In this document: in pieces, positions 23,398 to 35,760 of the stretch
Layout: each line of letters opens with the position of its first letter
Numbering within the stretch: position 1 is the stretch's first letter
NCBI RefSeq assembly: GCF_963921235.1
Contig: NC_086107.1
Location: forward strand, 101,248,001 to 101,312,000
Source of the DNA: Mobula hypostoma
Lineage: Eukaryota
Length of the DNA stretch: 64,000 nucleotides
Direction: 5' to 3'
The notes under the pieces: model-generated
What the model was told of the DNA's origin: nothing
Databases searched by the model: none
What the model saw: only the letters and a program-made list of their open reading frames with translations
Translations under genes and position numbers: made by a program

Positions 23398-23872
23398 AAG
23401 ACGTCACGGAGTCAATGGCGGATCCCAGTGTGTTCCTGTGTTAGTTGACTAAATGTATCGCTTTATTACTGCGAACCGAACCAGGAAAGCGCCGCTCCTC
23501 TCCGCCGTACACGTTGGGCAAGCATTATATTTTGTTTTGCATTCGGCAGCCGGTGCATCGGCCTTCGCAATTTGCAGATTTTTTAGCAGAAATCCCAATT
23601 TCTGCGCCCGCCCGCCGAGTCCTCGCGCCGTTTTCCACCGATTGCGCCCCGTCCGAGCGGCGCCGGCCGGCCCTGCCCGCGGCCACGGCGAGACGAAGGA
23701 GTGGGGCTGGCGGCGGGGCGGCCGGCGGGGCCGGCGGGCGCCGGGAAAGGGCCGGGATCGGCCGCTTTTGCCAGCGAAGAAACACAGATGGAAGCACAGC
23801 TCGCCATTTTTGCCTGCTCGGAGCTGCCAGCAGTTGCTGTTCTCACTGAGGTCCGCGCCGAGCCTACTAATT
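23398..23872 (+). promoter_or_regulatory. Histone H1.0 promoter: CRE-like/UCE, TG box, H1 box, H4 box, TATA variant
   Basis: GACGTCA (23400), TGTGTTA (23437-23443), AAACACA (23780-23786), TCA-N4-GGTCC (23843-23854), TACTAATT (23865-23872). Confidence 0.85.
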
Positions 23873-24058
23873 CCCAGCGTCAGCGCAGAGGTGCTGAAAA
23901 GCACTTGAGAGCAGAGGCAGAGGCGTCCGGGCTCCGCTGCCAGGGAGGTGCGGTGGTACCAGTCTTCACAAGTGCTCACAAAGGTCCCCCTTTTGCTCTT
24001 GGCTTTGGAGGAGGCAGCTACCCACTCATCTTAAAGTCAGCCAAGCAGAAGACCAACC

Positions 24059-24604
24059 ATGACTGAGAACTCAGCTCCAGTGACACCCAAAGGCAAGAGG
24101 TCCAAGGCGGCCAAGAAGTCATTGGACCACCCCAAGTACACCGAGATGATCACAGCTGCCATCAAAGCTCTGAACAGCCGGGGCGGTGTCTCCAGGCAGG
24201 CCATCCAGGGCTACATCAAGAGAGAGTACAACGTGGGCGACAGCGCGGACGTCCAGGTGAAACTGGGGCTGAAGAGGCTGCTGGTGAGCAAGGTCATCAA
24301 GCAGATCAAGGGCATGGGGGCTTCCGGCTCCTTCCGGCTGGCCAAGGCTGACGAGCCCAAGAAGGCGGCCAAGAAGGTGGCCAAGACCACCAAGAAGAGC
24401 ACCTCGCCCAGAAAGGTGGCGGTGGCCAAGAAGGTGGTGAAGGCGCCACCAAAGACGAAGAAGACGAAGGCCGGGAAGAAGAAGCCCAAGACGCCGAAGA
24501 AGAAGGTGGCCGCGCCCAAAAAGGCAAAGAAGATGAAGCCGGTCAAGGCCAAGGTGAAGAAAGCCCCAAAACGCAAGGCACCCGCAAAGAAATCCAAGAA
24601 GTGA
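24059..24604 (+). CDS. H1-0: Linker histone H1.0 (H5/H1.0 type), intronless, 181 aa
   Basis: MTENS N-terminus; DHPKY..MI.AAI...SRQ.IQ.YIK..Y.VG..AD.Q.KL..KRL...[14 protein letters not shown] globular domain; K/A/P-rich tail with S/TPxK; good Kozak (ACCATGA). Confidence 0.97.
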   Translation: MTENSAPVTPKGKRSKAAKKSLDHPKYTEMITAAIKALNSRGGVSRQAIQGYIKREYNVGDSADVQVKLGLKRLLVSKVIKQIKGMGASGSFRLAKADEPKKAAKKVAKTTKKSTSPRKVAVAKKVVKAPPKTKKTKAGKKKPKTPKKKVAAPKKAKKMKPVKAKVKKAPKRKAPAKKSKK

Positions 24605-25988
24605 CTGCCGACCTTCCTGGCGATGGAGGACTGGCCTTGCTTTCTGTCTGAAATCCTCAGAAACTTTTGTGTACATACAGTTTAAAAAAAAATGTTTTTT
24701 GGATTTAGTAAGGAGACTTTTTATTTTGTCAGGAACTTATTGTGTCTTGCATTTTTAAAACAAACCAATGTGTATGCAGTAATCATGTGTTGGAGCTGGT
24801 GTTGGACTTTGGGATTGTGACAGGGGAATGTAAATGCTGTGCTGCTGTGACTATCTTTGCTCCGGACTGCCAGGTCTTGTGTTAGTGCCTTGTCAACGAG
24901 CAGGCAGGATCTGTGCATGTGTGTAGCTTCTAAATCCCAGAGGATAAGTCCATACGTTTGTTGAGAAAAGCCAGGCCCTACTAATGAACAGTGCATTATA
25001 ATTGCAGATTACAGCAGTTTATCATGTAGTTCAATAAGATCAACCTTTACTTTGAAATTACTTACTTTTTAAAGCTGAATGGAACTACTCTTTGCTTTCT
25101 AGAGAATTCTGCTGTGCTGTTTGTTCTGTTGCAGTGTTCATGAAGTTTTTAAGAAGAGGATTCCCTAGCTGAATTTTAACTGTTGGCCTTAAGGACAGCT
25201 GGAGGTACTGATCTCTTTTCCCTTAGTGTAAGAGGCTTACTCAGCGATACTGTTAACCAGGTGAACAGCTGTAACTATTGTAACTAAATTTGACAGAAGT
25301 AACAGCGCTGGAGGGTGCTTTCCTGGTCCGGAGTTTAGTAGCTTGCAGCAGTAATAACTCCGAGCATCCCGACATCCTCACTTGGAGGCAGTGCTGATTC
25401 CCTGAGGTGTACGGGATGTTTGAGTCTAGAGGCATTCAGTGTAGAAGGAGGTACTTGCAGATGGCAGCAATCACACTTAACAAACTAGCAGGATCTAAAA
25501 GACCAGAATTTAAAAAAAAATTAAACAGTGCTCTCTAACTTGGCCAAAGAAAAATTAAGTTCCTGACTGAAAGGCACCCTTTTATAAAACAGCTCCAAAA
25601 AAATGTGATACATGCTGATTTTGTTATTTTTTACTAAACCGCTGTATTTTACTAATTGTTAGGATGCTCTACAAGCAGTTTGTATCTGTGATTAATGTCT
25701 GTTTATTCTAATTAGCTATCTCTGGAGCTGTCTATTGTATGGTATTGTTCAAAGCCATATTGGGACATTCCTACTTACGCAGTGAACTCCACTTTTAAGT
25801 TTTTAAATGTACATGATGTTTTTTATTAAGCAATCTTCTCTCCTAATTATTTTATGCCAGGGTGTGCTTTTTTAAATCTGAATTCAGATGAAGACTGAGT
25901 GCAGTCCATAGACTCAAAAATCACATCAGTGGAATTGGATGGCTCAAGACATTTATAGGTTCACCTGTTCCTTTGTATGTTTATAATG

Positions 25989-25994
25989 AATAAA
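25989..25994 (+). terminator. Probable poly(A) signal of H1.0 (3' UTR ~1.4 kb)
   Basis: AATAAA followed by T/GT-rich sequence at the end of a repeat-free AT-rich tract; no histone stem-loop seen after the stop codon. Confidence 0.7.
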
Positions 25995-28900
25995 AGCTAC
26001 ATTTTGATTTGAAAGTGGTCGCCTTTTTATCAGCAGAGCTTGTCTACGCCGTTAGGTGGGAGTGGGGAGGGGTAGGGGTCTTTGAAATGACCTAGAACCT
26101 GGCCATCTGAGGCCACCTGGTTTGTGGGTGGGGGGTGGTTTCAGTCGCCCCAGTCACTTGCTCCCTACAACCCTTCTGGAATCTCCAGAAGTCCCTCTGG
26201 TGAGGGTTGAGGGTTTGTTACCATCTCTGGGATGAGCATCAATACAACTGCAGGCCATTTGGGCCCTGGCTGCTCAGCGCTGGATCAACAGCCTGCTGGA
26301 GATCAATTGCGCTGATGCACCCAAAATATTGGTAATACCTTCCCCACTACTCCTTCCCTTCAACCGATGCTGTGTGATCCTCTGAATTCCTCCAGCTGCT
26401 TCTTCCTTGCTCCAGATTCCCGCATTTGTCGTCCCCTTGTGTCTGCTTAATTCAGGTGCTTACATGCTACCTGAGCATTCTGCCACTGGTTAAGTATTGC
26501 CCTGGGTGCCCCCCAAAGGGGCATCTGCTCCTTGCAACAGCAAATCCCACATCGCATTGTAGCACCACTGAGCTCCACAGTGCACGTGTTTCTGGTAAAA
26601 CTTTCAGAGTTGGAGTCGGACTTTATTGTTGCCCGCACAGGTGAAATGAAGAACTTGGCTGCGGCAGCGTCACAAGCACAGAGCATCAGGTACGCACATT
26701 CAGAAGAGAAACTAGCAAATTAAACATAAATCATGTAAAATTATATAAGGAATAAAACAAAGATAACCAAGTCCATTGTAGTGCAAAGCAGCCTGTTTGC
26801 CGTACTGTGGTAGTGCTTCAGGTTGTGCAGGTTGGGGTGGAGGGAAGTACCTATTCTTGAGCCTGGAGGTGTGGACTTCAGGCTTCTGTACCTCCTGCCA
26901 GGTGGTAGCTGTGTCATTACAGGTTGCTGGTAAGAAAGTAGCTGGCAGTATGTTTGCAATAAGGCCATACCAATAAGAAATCTAAGTTGCTTTCACTCCT
27001 GATAGCCTAGTTAGGGTGATTTGACATCAGTCTACACATGTTTAAGATTAATGTACTTGCGGTGATGGTCAGGCACGGAGAAATGCAAAGCAATGAAGTT
27101 CTGGGCAGGATTCCAATTGGCTGTGAGTGGGTTGGGTTTTAATTTTATACCAGAATACATGGTGATAATTTCCTTTGGTGCCCCCTTAGGAAAGAATTCA
27201 TGAAGGTCAAGTGTCCATCGCTGGTCAGGATCACGCACCATCAGATGCATGGAGGCTTTCAAGTAATGACAGAATGGGCAACGTTAAAAATATACCAATA
27301 CCAGCACATACAAAACCCTGGAGAAACTCAGCAGGCCAGGCAGCATCTATGGGAAGGAGTAAGTAGTCAACGTTTTGGGAGAGACTCCCTTGGCCTGAAA
27401 CTTTGACTGTTCGCTCCTCTCCATAGATGCCATTTTTTTAATGCACCGTTTGTCTTCATTGGCACATTAGTGTCTGTAGTCTTTGTCTGCATAAAATTCT
27501 ATTGTATTCTTTTTCCCCTGTAAATATCTGCAAGAAAATGACTCTCAGGGTAGTATATGGATACTTTGATAATAAAAAATCTTTGATAGAATTAGGCGTG
27601 TGATCTAGTGATGGATCCGTGTACTCACCATCTGGTAAGAAGTTAGGATCTCGGAGTGACTGTAGACCAGCAAGGACAAGGGATACTCAGTAAGGCCTTC
27701 ACATTTAGAGGTGCTGCAAATGATTTTATCCCCATCTGCAGTTTGCAGCTTGGACAGAGCATGTCAGGAAGTGAATGCAACACACAGTCACCAGGATATC
27801 AGGTCGACAGCTCCTTTCAGATGCTTCTCAATCCACCGAGTTCCTCCTGCAGCTTCAAGTCAAGTCGAACGAAGTTTATCGTCATTTAACTATATATGTA
27901 TTTATGACATATATAACCATATAATGTCTATAGAACTGAGACATTTCTTCGAACCAGGGAGTAAAGCACATAACAGACACATAGCATATGATCACCTATG
28001 AAGGTAAGAATAAAATTGACCGATGAATCACATATAAATAACAAACTAAAGTGCATTAATATTAAATATTATAAGGTACAGAACAGATTAATCAGTGGCA
28101 CTTTATATACGATGCGGCCGGGAGTTCAGAAGCCTAATGGCCTGGGGGAAGAAACTATTTCTCATTCTGATCGTTCTTGCTTTTATGTATCAGAGTCTCC
28201 TGCCTGATGGTAGAAAGTCAAAGAGGATGCTGGATGGATGGGAGGGATTCTGGATCATACTAAGGGCCTGTGTGTACACAGCACTCCTGATAAATGTCCA
28301 CGATGGATGGTAGGGAGATTCCAGTGATCCTCTCGGCTGTTCTCACAGTCCCCTGTAGGGACTAAAGGCTCAATGCTCGACTGCTCCCAGACCAGATGGA
28401 GATGCAACTTACCAAAAGATGCTCTCAATGGTGCTCCTGTAAAATGCAGTCAGGATGGTGTGGGGAGGGGAAGCCTCTTCTTAGAAAGCTGAGGCACGAC
28501 TGTGCCTGCTTGGTCAGGGAGGTGATATTAAGGGATATTCAGGTTCCAGCCTCTGCCACCTCTTGTGTTTCCGGGTCAAAGGTTTGCCGCGTGGACAAGA
28601 TTTCTATTCCTTTGAAAGGTCAAAGAGCTATCTGCTCCTAATGTTGAAGCAAATGAAAGGTGGTTATAGAGAAAACATTGAGTTCGCCCTGGTGGGAGGG
28701 AGAAGGACAAGGCAGCCAGCTTTAGATCCAGGGTGTGGTCGTTCAGCTGGGAAACAGAACAGAAGCACTGAACGTGGTGAATAGCTGAGGCTGCAGCAGC
28801 AGAAAGAGAAACACAGTTATTGTTTCAGGTCAATAAGGAGCCAACAGAACTGGAAAAAGTTCAGGAGGAAGTGGGGGAGAGAGAGCTGGGGACCGGGTGG

Positions 28901-30188
28901 ATTGAGTCTTGGTAAGGGTAGTAAACCCTCATCCATCTCCTCATCTCAGCCACGACTGGGGTGAACATCTCCTTGAATCCCTGTCCCATGACTTGGCCAA
29001 AGTAGGGAAAGAACACTCTGGCTGGTCTGCACACAGACAGAAGGGGCACACCACCACATTAACTATCAACCCATTCCCCCCTCAGTCTCCTCCTGCCTGC
29101 AGATCCCACATCACCCTCCTCAGCTGCCTCAGGATCCCCACAATAGAAGGTGCAAGTCTTCCCCGAGGGTGAGGGGCCACTGGAGAAGGAGAGACAGAAG
29201 ATGAGAGCAACATGAAGCTGCCAAAAGAAAGAAAAGGAGAAAACAATCTTGGAGGCTGGAAATGAGAGAAACGAGATGATTATTTGAAACTTGGATTTGC
29301 AGGTGCATGGGAAAATAGAAAATGGGAACATGCTGTACTTTCGGCCCATCAGTGCTGTTCTATTCAATATAATCAATGCTAGTCCTCCGTCTCAACAACA
29401 CAATCTCCCCCCACCCCTCTCTCCCCATTATTTTGAGTTTATCAATCCCTCCACCATCTTGTTAAGTGTACGGTAGTGAATCCCACAACATCCATCTCCT
29501 CATCTCAATCCTAAATGTCTGATCCTGTAACCTATACTAGACATCCCCGCCATACATCTAGTCTGTCTTGCCCTGGAAGAGATTTGTGAGCTTCCATTAA
29601 TTGCTTGGTTTGATCTCCACCCCTGCCACGAGTGTGCTCAATCTCCATCTATAAATTTACCACTGTTGCTGGCAGAATCACAGATGGTGGCAAGGAGGCG
29701 CACAGGACTGAGATAGATTAACTCGTGATGTTGCAACAACAGCAAGACGAAGGAACTAATTGTGGACTTCAGGAAGGGGAAGTCAGAAGAACACACACCA
29801 GTTCTCACTGAGTGGTCAGCAGTGGGAAGTGTGAGCAACTTCAAGCTCCTGGGAGTCAAAGTCATGGAGGATCTATCTTAGGTCCAACACTTTGAAGCAA
29901 CCACAAAGAGGGCACGTCAGCAGCGATGCTTCATTAGGAGTCTGAGGAGCTTTGGTAGGTCATCAAAGCCTCTTGCAAATTTCTACAGATGTACGGTGCA
30001 GAGCACTCTGTGTGATTGCATCACTGCCTGGTATGTGTAGTGTCGAAGGAGACTGCAGAGTCTCAGCCTGCTTCATCACGAGCATGATGCTCCCCCACCG
30101 GAGAGGATATCTTCAAAAGGCAGTGTATCAAGAAGGAGGTATCCATTTTAAGGATCTTCAACATCCGGGATATGCCCTCTTCTCACTA

Positions 30189-31562
30189 TAAGACCATAAA
30201 ATTTAGGAGCAGAAGTAGTCCATTCTGTCCATAAAGTCTGCTCCGCCATTCAATCATAGGCTGATCCACTTCATCCAATCATCTCCACTCCCCTGCTTTC
30301 ACCCCATACTCTTTGATGCCCTGGCTAATCAAGAACCTATCTATCTCTGCGTTAAATACACCCAATGACTTGGTCTCCACAGCCGCTCGTGGCAACAAGT
30401 TCCACAGATTTACCACCCTCTGACTGAAGTAATTTCTCCGCATCTCAGTTCTAAAAGGATGTCCTTCAATCCTGAAGTCGTGCCCTCGTCCTAGAATCCC
30501 CTACCATGGGAAATAACTTTGCCATATCTAATCTGTTCAGGCCTTTTAACATTTGGAATGTTTCTATGAGATCCCCTCTCATTCTCCTGAACTCCGGGGA
30601 ATACAGCCCAAGAGCTGCCAGATGTTCCTCATCCGGTAACCCTTTCATTCCTGGAATCATTCTCACGAATCTTCTCTGAACCCTCTCCAAAGTCAGTATA
30701 TCCTTTCTAAAATAAGGAGCCCAAAACTATACACAATACTCCAACTGTGGTCTCATGAGTGCCTTATAGAGCCTCAACATCACATCCCGGCTCTAATATT
30801 CTATATATTCTATACCTCTAGAAATGAATACCAACATTGCGCTTGCCTTCTTCACCACCGACTCAACCTGCAGGTTAACCTTTAGGGTCTCTTTGCATCT
30901 CTGCATTTTGAATTCTCTCCCCATCTAAGTAATAGTCTGCCCGTTTAGTTCTTCCGCCAAAGTGCATGACCATACACTTTCCAATATTGCCACTTCTTTG
31001 CCCATTCCTATCTAATTCTCTCTGCAGGCTCTCTATTTCCTCAACTCTACCCACTCCTCCATCTATCTTTGTATCATTGGCAAATTTAGCAACAAAGCCC
31101 TTAATACCGTAGTCCAAATCATTGACATAGATTGTAAAAAGTTACGGCCCCAACACCAACCCCTGTGGAACTCCACTGGTAACTGGCAGCCAGCCAGAAT
31201 AGGATCCCTTTATTCCCACTCTCTGTTTTCTGCCAACCAGCCAATGTTTCACCCACATTAGTAACCTCCCTGAGATTCCATGGGCTCTTATCTTGCTAAG
31301 CAGCCTCATGTGCGGCACCTAGTCAAAAGCCTGAAAATCCAAGTACACCACATCTACTGCATCTCCTTTGTCTACCCTACTTGTAATTTCCTCAAAGAAT
31401 CGCAGTAGGTTAGCCAGGCAGGATCTTCCTTTCAGGAAACCATGCTGGCTTTGGCCTATCTTGTCATGTGCCTCCAGGTACTCTGTAATCTCATCCCTAA
31501 CAATCGATTCCAACAACTTCCCAGCCACTAATGTCAGGCTAACAGGTCTATAGTTTCCTTTC
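30189..31562 (-). mobile_element. 5'-truncated CR1 LINE nested in a Rex1-like fragment
   Basis: SQHGFLKGRSCL.NL, VDVVYLDFQ.AFD, KFANDTK, ERVQRRF.RMIPGMKGL motifs; host TTCTCACTA|CTACCATCAGG resumes. Confidence 0.9.
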
Positions 31563-32055
31563 TACTACCATCAGGGGGGAGTATAGTGCCAATATAATGC
31601 AAAAAGACAGCAAAATACTGGGTAGTATTCATGGGCTCATGGACTGCCTGAAGTGTTCAGAAATCTGATGGCAGAGGGGAAGAAGCTGTTTCTAAATGTT
31701 GAGTGGGTATCTGTTCCTAAACATTGGAGTGGGATCCTTCAGTCTCCTGTGCTTCCTTCCTGATGGTAGAAATGAGGGGAGGGCATGCCTGGATGGTGAG
31801 GGTCTTTAATGATGCACGCCACCTTCCTGGGACACCAGCTTTTGAAGATGCCTTTGTGATGCCCGTGATGCCGTTGGCTAAGTCTACACCCCTCTGCAGC
31901 TTTTCCCGATCCTGTGTAGATGCAATGAATCAGAAACTGAAACAGTTTCAATCAAAAACCTTCCCTCTCCCCACCTTCTTTATTCTGGTCTAGCTATCCT
32001 TTGTCCCCTCCCCACCCCACCACCTTTTCACTTGGGCATCTTCCCCCTTCCTTTC

Positions 32056-32093
32056 CAGTCCTGAGGAAGGGTCTCAGCCTGAAACGTTGACTG
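32056..32093 (+). ncRNA. Minimal type I hammerhead ribozyme motif in a Penelope pLTR fragment (~31950-32198)
   Basis: CAGTC-CTGAGGA-A-GGGTCTCAGCCT-GAAAC-GTT-GACTG; helix I CAGTC/GACTG is perfect. Confidence 0.65.
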
Positions 32094-34029
32094 TTTCTTT
32101 ATTTCCATGGATGCTGCCAGGCCTGCTGAGTTCCTTCAGCATTTTGTGTGTGTGCGTTGCTTTGGATTTCCAGCATCTGCAGAATTTCCTGTGTTTAGAA
32201 TCCTTCCCTGCCGAAGCATAAAAGGGTCATTATCACAGGTTACAAGAAATCATTCTACCCCTGTACATTCCTTCTGTCTGCACACTCCACCCACAGTAAC
32301 GTGATCACTCCAAATCTATTATTACAGAGTGACAGAGCAACAAGTGGCCTCGATAATCACTGATTTAATTGTGAGTTAGCCATGCTGTTACTGGGAAACA
32401 CCACAGGTCCTTTGTTAAGACAGTGCTTGTTTATCAAGTATTTTGTTCCTTGCCTTGCTGTTGTTATTACCAGGAGATGTCAAGTTACACAGAAGAGTGA
32501 AATATTGGTACTTTCCACCCCTACATTCCTTCTCGAGCAGACATTTCCAAACCCGGATTATACACGACTATAGAAACATCCAGGTACAAGGAGTGTTGGT
32601 AAAGGCCTTGGCTGGACACAATGCTCTCATTAACACAGAGACTCCCCTCTCCACCATCCACTCTGCACTGCGAATGGTGTGTGTGTGTGTGTAAGAAACC
32701 AGGGTTATTATGCAGCTGCACAGAAACACATGAAGAATGGACAGTGGGAAATCGAGGCTTTAGTGGTGGAACTGAGAAATAAGGTGGGGCTGATCACTTT
32801 GTCTGGTTTTATATTACTGTACTGTATTAGGCGCCCTAATTATCATTGAGAATTAGGGGAGCAAGTATGCAGGGAGATTTCAGAAAGTTGTCAAAGTAGG
32901 GGAGTTTAACTTTCCTGATGTGGGCTGCTACACGATGTTGGTGGGGCCGCATTTGGGATGTTGTGTTCAGTTTTGGTCACTGTGCTACAGGAAAGATGCC
33001 ATGAGAAGCAAAAGGTGCAGATATTTACAAGGATACTACTGGGACTCAAAGGACTGATTATGGAGAGAGGTTGAGTAGGTTACAAACTTTTTCCATTGGA
33101 GGGTAGGAGGCTGAGGGGTGATCTTCTAGAGGTGTGTAAAATCATGAGAGGCATAGATGGGATGGATGCACTTAGGATTGTGGAATCAAGAATTAGAGCC
33201 GATAGGTTTAAAGCGAAAGGGGAAGGGTTTTAATGGGATCTGAAGGGCAACTTCATCACCGGGGTTGGTGAGTGTATGGAATGAGCTGTCAGAGGAGGTG
33301 ACCTAGGCAGGTATGTTAACAACATACAAGAGGAAGCTGGACAGGTACATGAACAGTAAAAGTTTAGAAGGTTGTCTTAGTCGCGCCAATGGGAATCCTG
33401 GTCAGCTGGGTCAGGGGTCTATTTCTGGGCTGTATGACCACGACTCGGAGTTGCCATCCCAAAAACCTCAGACAGAATTGTCAGACATAATTCCTCTTTC
33501 ATAATCAACACACACAAAGTGCTGGAGGAATTCAGCAGGCCAGGCAGCATCTGTGGAAAAAAGTACAGTCGACGTTTTGGGCCGAAGGCTTGGATTTCCA
33601 GCATCTGCAGATTTTCTCTTGTTTCCTGTTTCAAAAGACCATTTCAACTCTAACCAGTAGTACTTTGTTTGTTTTTTTAAAAAAAAATTTCAATATTGTT
33701 TTCCCTTAATAATAGATTCTAGAATTTTCCATGCCTGTTAACTGAATTATGTTTCTCCATTTTCTCTCTCCCTCCTTTCATATCTAGTGGAACTGAATTT
33801 GCAATGCTCCGATCAGTGGGAATAGTTTTAGAATGTATGGAATTTTGGAAGTTGGCAGTCCGTGCTTCGACTACCTCCACAGCCTCACCCCCAAAATCCC
33901 TCGGAACCTGATCCAGATGATTTATCACATTTCTCCAAAAATATCGTTTCAACCGTGCCAATTTTCTTCAGCTCCTGGATCCATCGTTCTCAGGGAGGAT
34001 TTTTGTCTTCAACCATGAAAGTAATCACA

Positions 34030-34890
34030 AACTCCCTTTTAGCGGCAAGTGAGAAATCAATCACCAGAAAGTGGCTAAATCCAACATCACCTACATTGGA
34101 AGATTGGCGTGAAATTATTTTGGAAATATTTTAAATGGAAAAGATGACTTACTCTCTGAGAATTCAAAAAGAAAAAAGTTATCAAATTTGGAATAAATGG
34201 ATTGAATTTATAACCCTTATGCGAGCAGACTTTAGATGACTCTCCCAATGGTTCATACTGCTTTCCTCATCAACATAGTAATCGTGTTAACGTAAGCTCC
34301 CTTGGTTCGAATGTTCACTGTTCTATTTCTGGAAAATGTGGAATTAACACAAGTAAAGAAAAAGATTTGGGAAAAAATGATAAATGAAGTAATTAGGTAC
34401 ACAGGGATTGGATAATTATGTTTGGGGGTAGGAACAAACATGAACATGTTAGGATACAAACACCTGCAATGGAAGTTACATAGGGTTACACACAATATTT
34501 TGGACTAGAAAGAAATGGACCAGAAGAGATACATAGAAATTAATATTCAACCACTATTATTACTATTTTTTAACAACTATTATTATTATTTAGTTTAATA
34601 GTGTGGAATCACAATTGCACATAAATATCTATTTAAGTGCCTAATTATATATTCTTTTTTATTCCCACTATGTTACTTAGTTTGTTATGCCCCCTTATTT
34701 ATTATTACTTTTTTCTTCTTTTTTTTCTCATCATTTTTCTTTTAATATCATCTCAGTGTGTACTTGTGAATGTATAACTATATATAGATTTATACATATA
34801 TAAAAATGGAAAAGGTTTTATATGTAAAAAAGTGTGTGTAATACCTGTGAATACGTTATCCAAATAAAAATAAAATTTAAAAAAGAAAAT
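34030..34890 (+). mobile_element. L1/Tx1-clade LINE 3' end
   Basis: LLAA..K.ITRKWL...SPTLEDW...I..MEK.TY.LR......W.KW ORF2 end, long AT-rich 3' UTR, AATAAA and A-rich tail. Confidence 0.8.
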
Positions 34891-34913
34891 AATCACAGAT
34901 TACTTGTTTAATG

Positions 34914-34993
34914 CAGGGATTCCCAGCCATTTTTATGCCATGGAGCCCTACCATTAACCAAGGGGTCTTATGGACTCCAGTTGGGAATTCCAG
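34914..34993. mobile_element. 80-bp hAT-type MITE
   Basis: Perfect 8-bp TSD GTTTAATG (34906-34913 / 34994-35001); degenerate CAGGG.TTCCCA TIRs. Confidence 0.75.
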
Positions 34994-35029
34994 GTTTAAT
35001 GTGTCTGTTCCCCAATTTAGTGTCTCCTG

Positions 35030-35760
35030 GATGAACAACAGCCTGCTGGAGGAACTCAGTGGGTTGAGCAGCATCTGTGGGGGAGAAAGAATTGCCGATG
35101 CTGTGGGTTGGGACGTTGCACCAGCACTGAGAGAGGAGAAGATCGCTGGTATGCAGAGGAGAGGGAGAGGTAGGTGACCGGTGGACAGAGGAGGAGTGAG
35201 GGATGACTGGCAGATGGAGGCAGGTAGGGGAGGGGGGGGACAAATGGCTTTGGAAGGTGGAAGACCAGCAGGAACAGAAGGGCTAACAATGATGGAATCT
35301 GATAAGTGAGGGGTGTAGCAATGGGGGACCATCAGGGAAGAGGTGAAAGGCAGATGATGATGGGGGGGGTGGTTGGGTAGTGGGTGGATGGAGGAAAATG
35401 AAAATGTGATGGGTGACTGGAGAGGTGGGTATGGGGAAAGGGACAAAAATGGCCTCAGGGGACAAAGGTGGATTGGGAGGACGGGAAGAGGGGTGCAAGG
35501 GAAACACAACAGGTTAGGTTTGAAAAATTCAGTGTTCATGCCATTGGGGTGTAGACTACCCAGGCGGAATATGAGATGTCGCTCCTCCAGATTGTTGTTG
35601 CAGAAGGCCAAGAATTGGCAGCCAGTGTTGGAATGGGGACGGGAGCAAAAATTGGTCTGAGACAGGGAGCTTCGTGGGCAGAGTGCAGGCTCCCAGTCTG
35701 CACTTGGTCCCGGCAATGTAGAGGGGGCCACGTCAGGGCACCGAATGCAGAAGGTACGTT
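35030..35760 (-). mobile_element. Old Penelope-like 3' region (GIY-YIG end, pyrimidine-rich UTR, pLTR)
   Basis: LEERHLIFRLGSLHPNGMN.EF matches the EEQHLIFRLGSPQPDGMNIDF end of the 47-kb copy. Confidence 0.7.

Larger units (their letters stand above)
22600..24604. other. CpG island over the H1.0 promoter and CDS
   Basis: Visibly high GC/CpG density, peaking at 23600-23770, against CpG-depleted flanks. Confidence 0.8.

Noticed and set aside
23445..24066. Multiple overlapping ORFs upstream of H1.0
   Set aside because: GC-rich CpG-island artefacts with no recognisable domains.
24119..24676. 185-aa and 128-aa antisense ORFs
   Set aside because: Shadow frames of the Lys/Ala codon-biased H1.0 CDS.
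24605..24700. Replication-dependent histone stem-loop or histone cluster
   Set aside because: No GGCTCTTTTCAGAGCC-like hairpin and no core histone genes seen; the gene is the polyadenylated H1.0 type.
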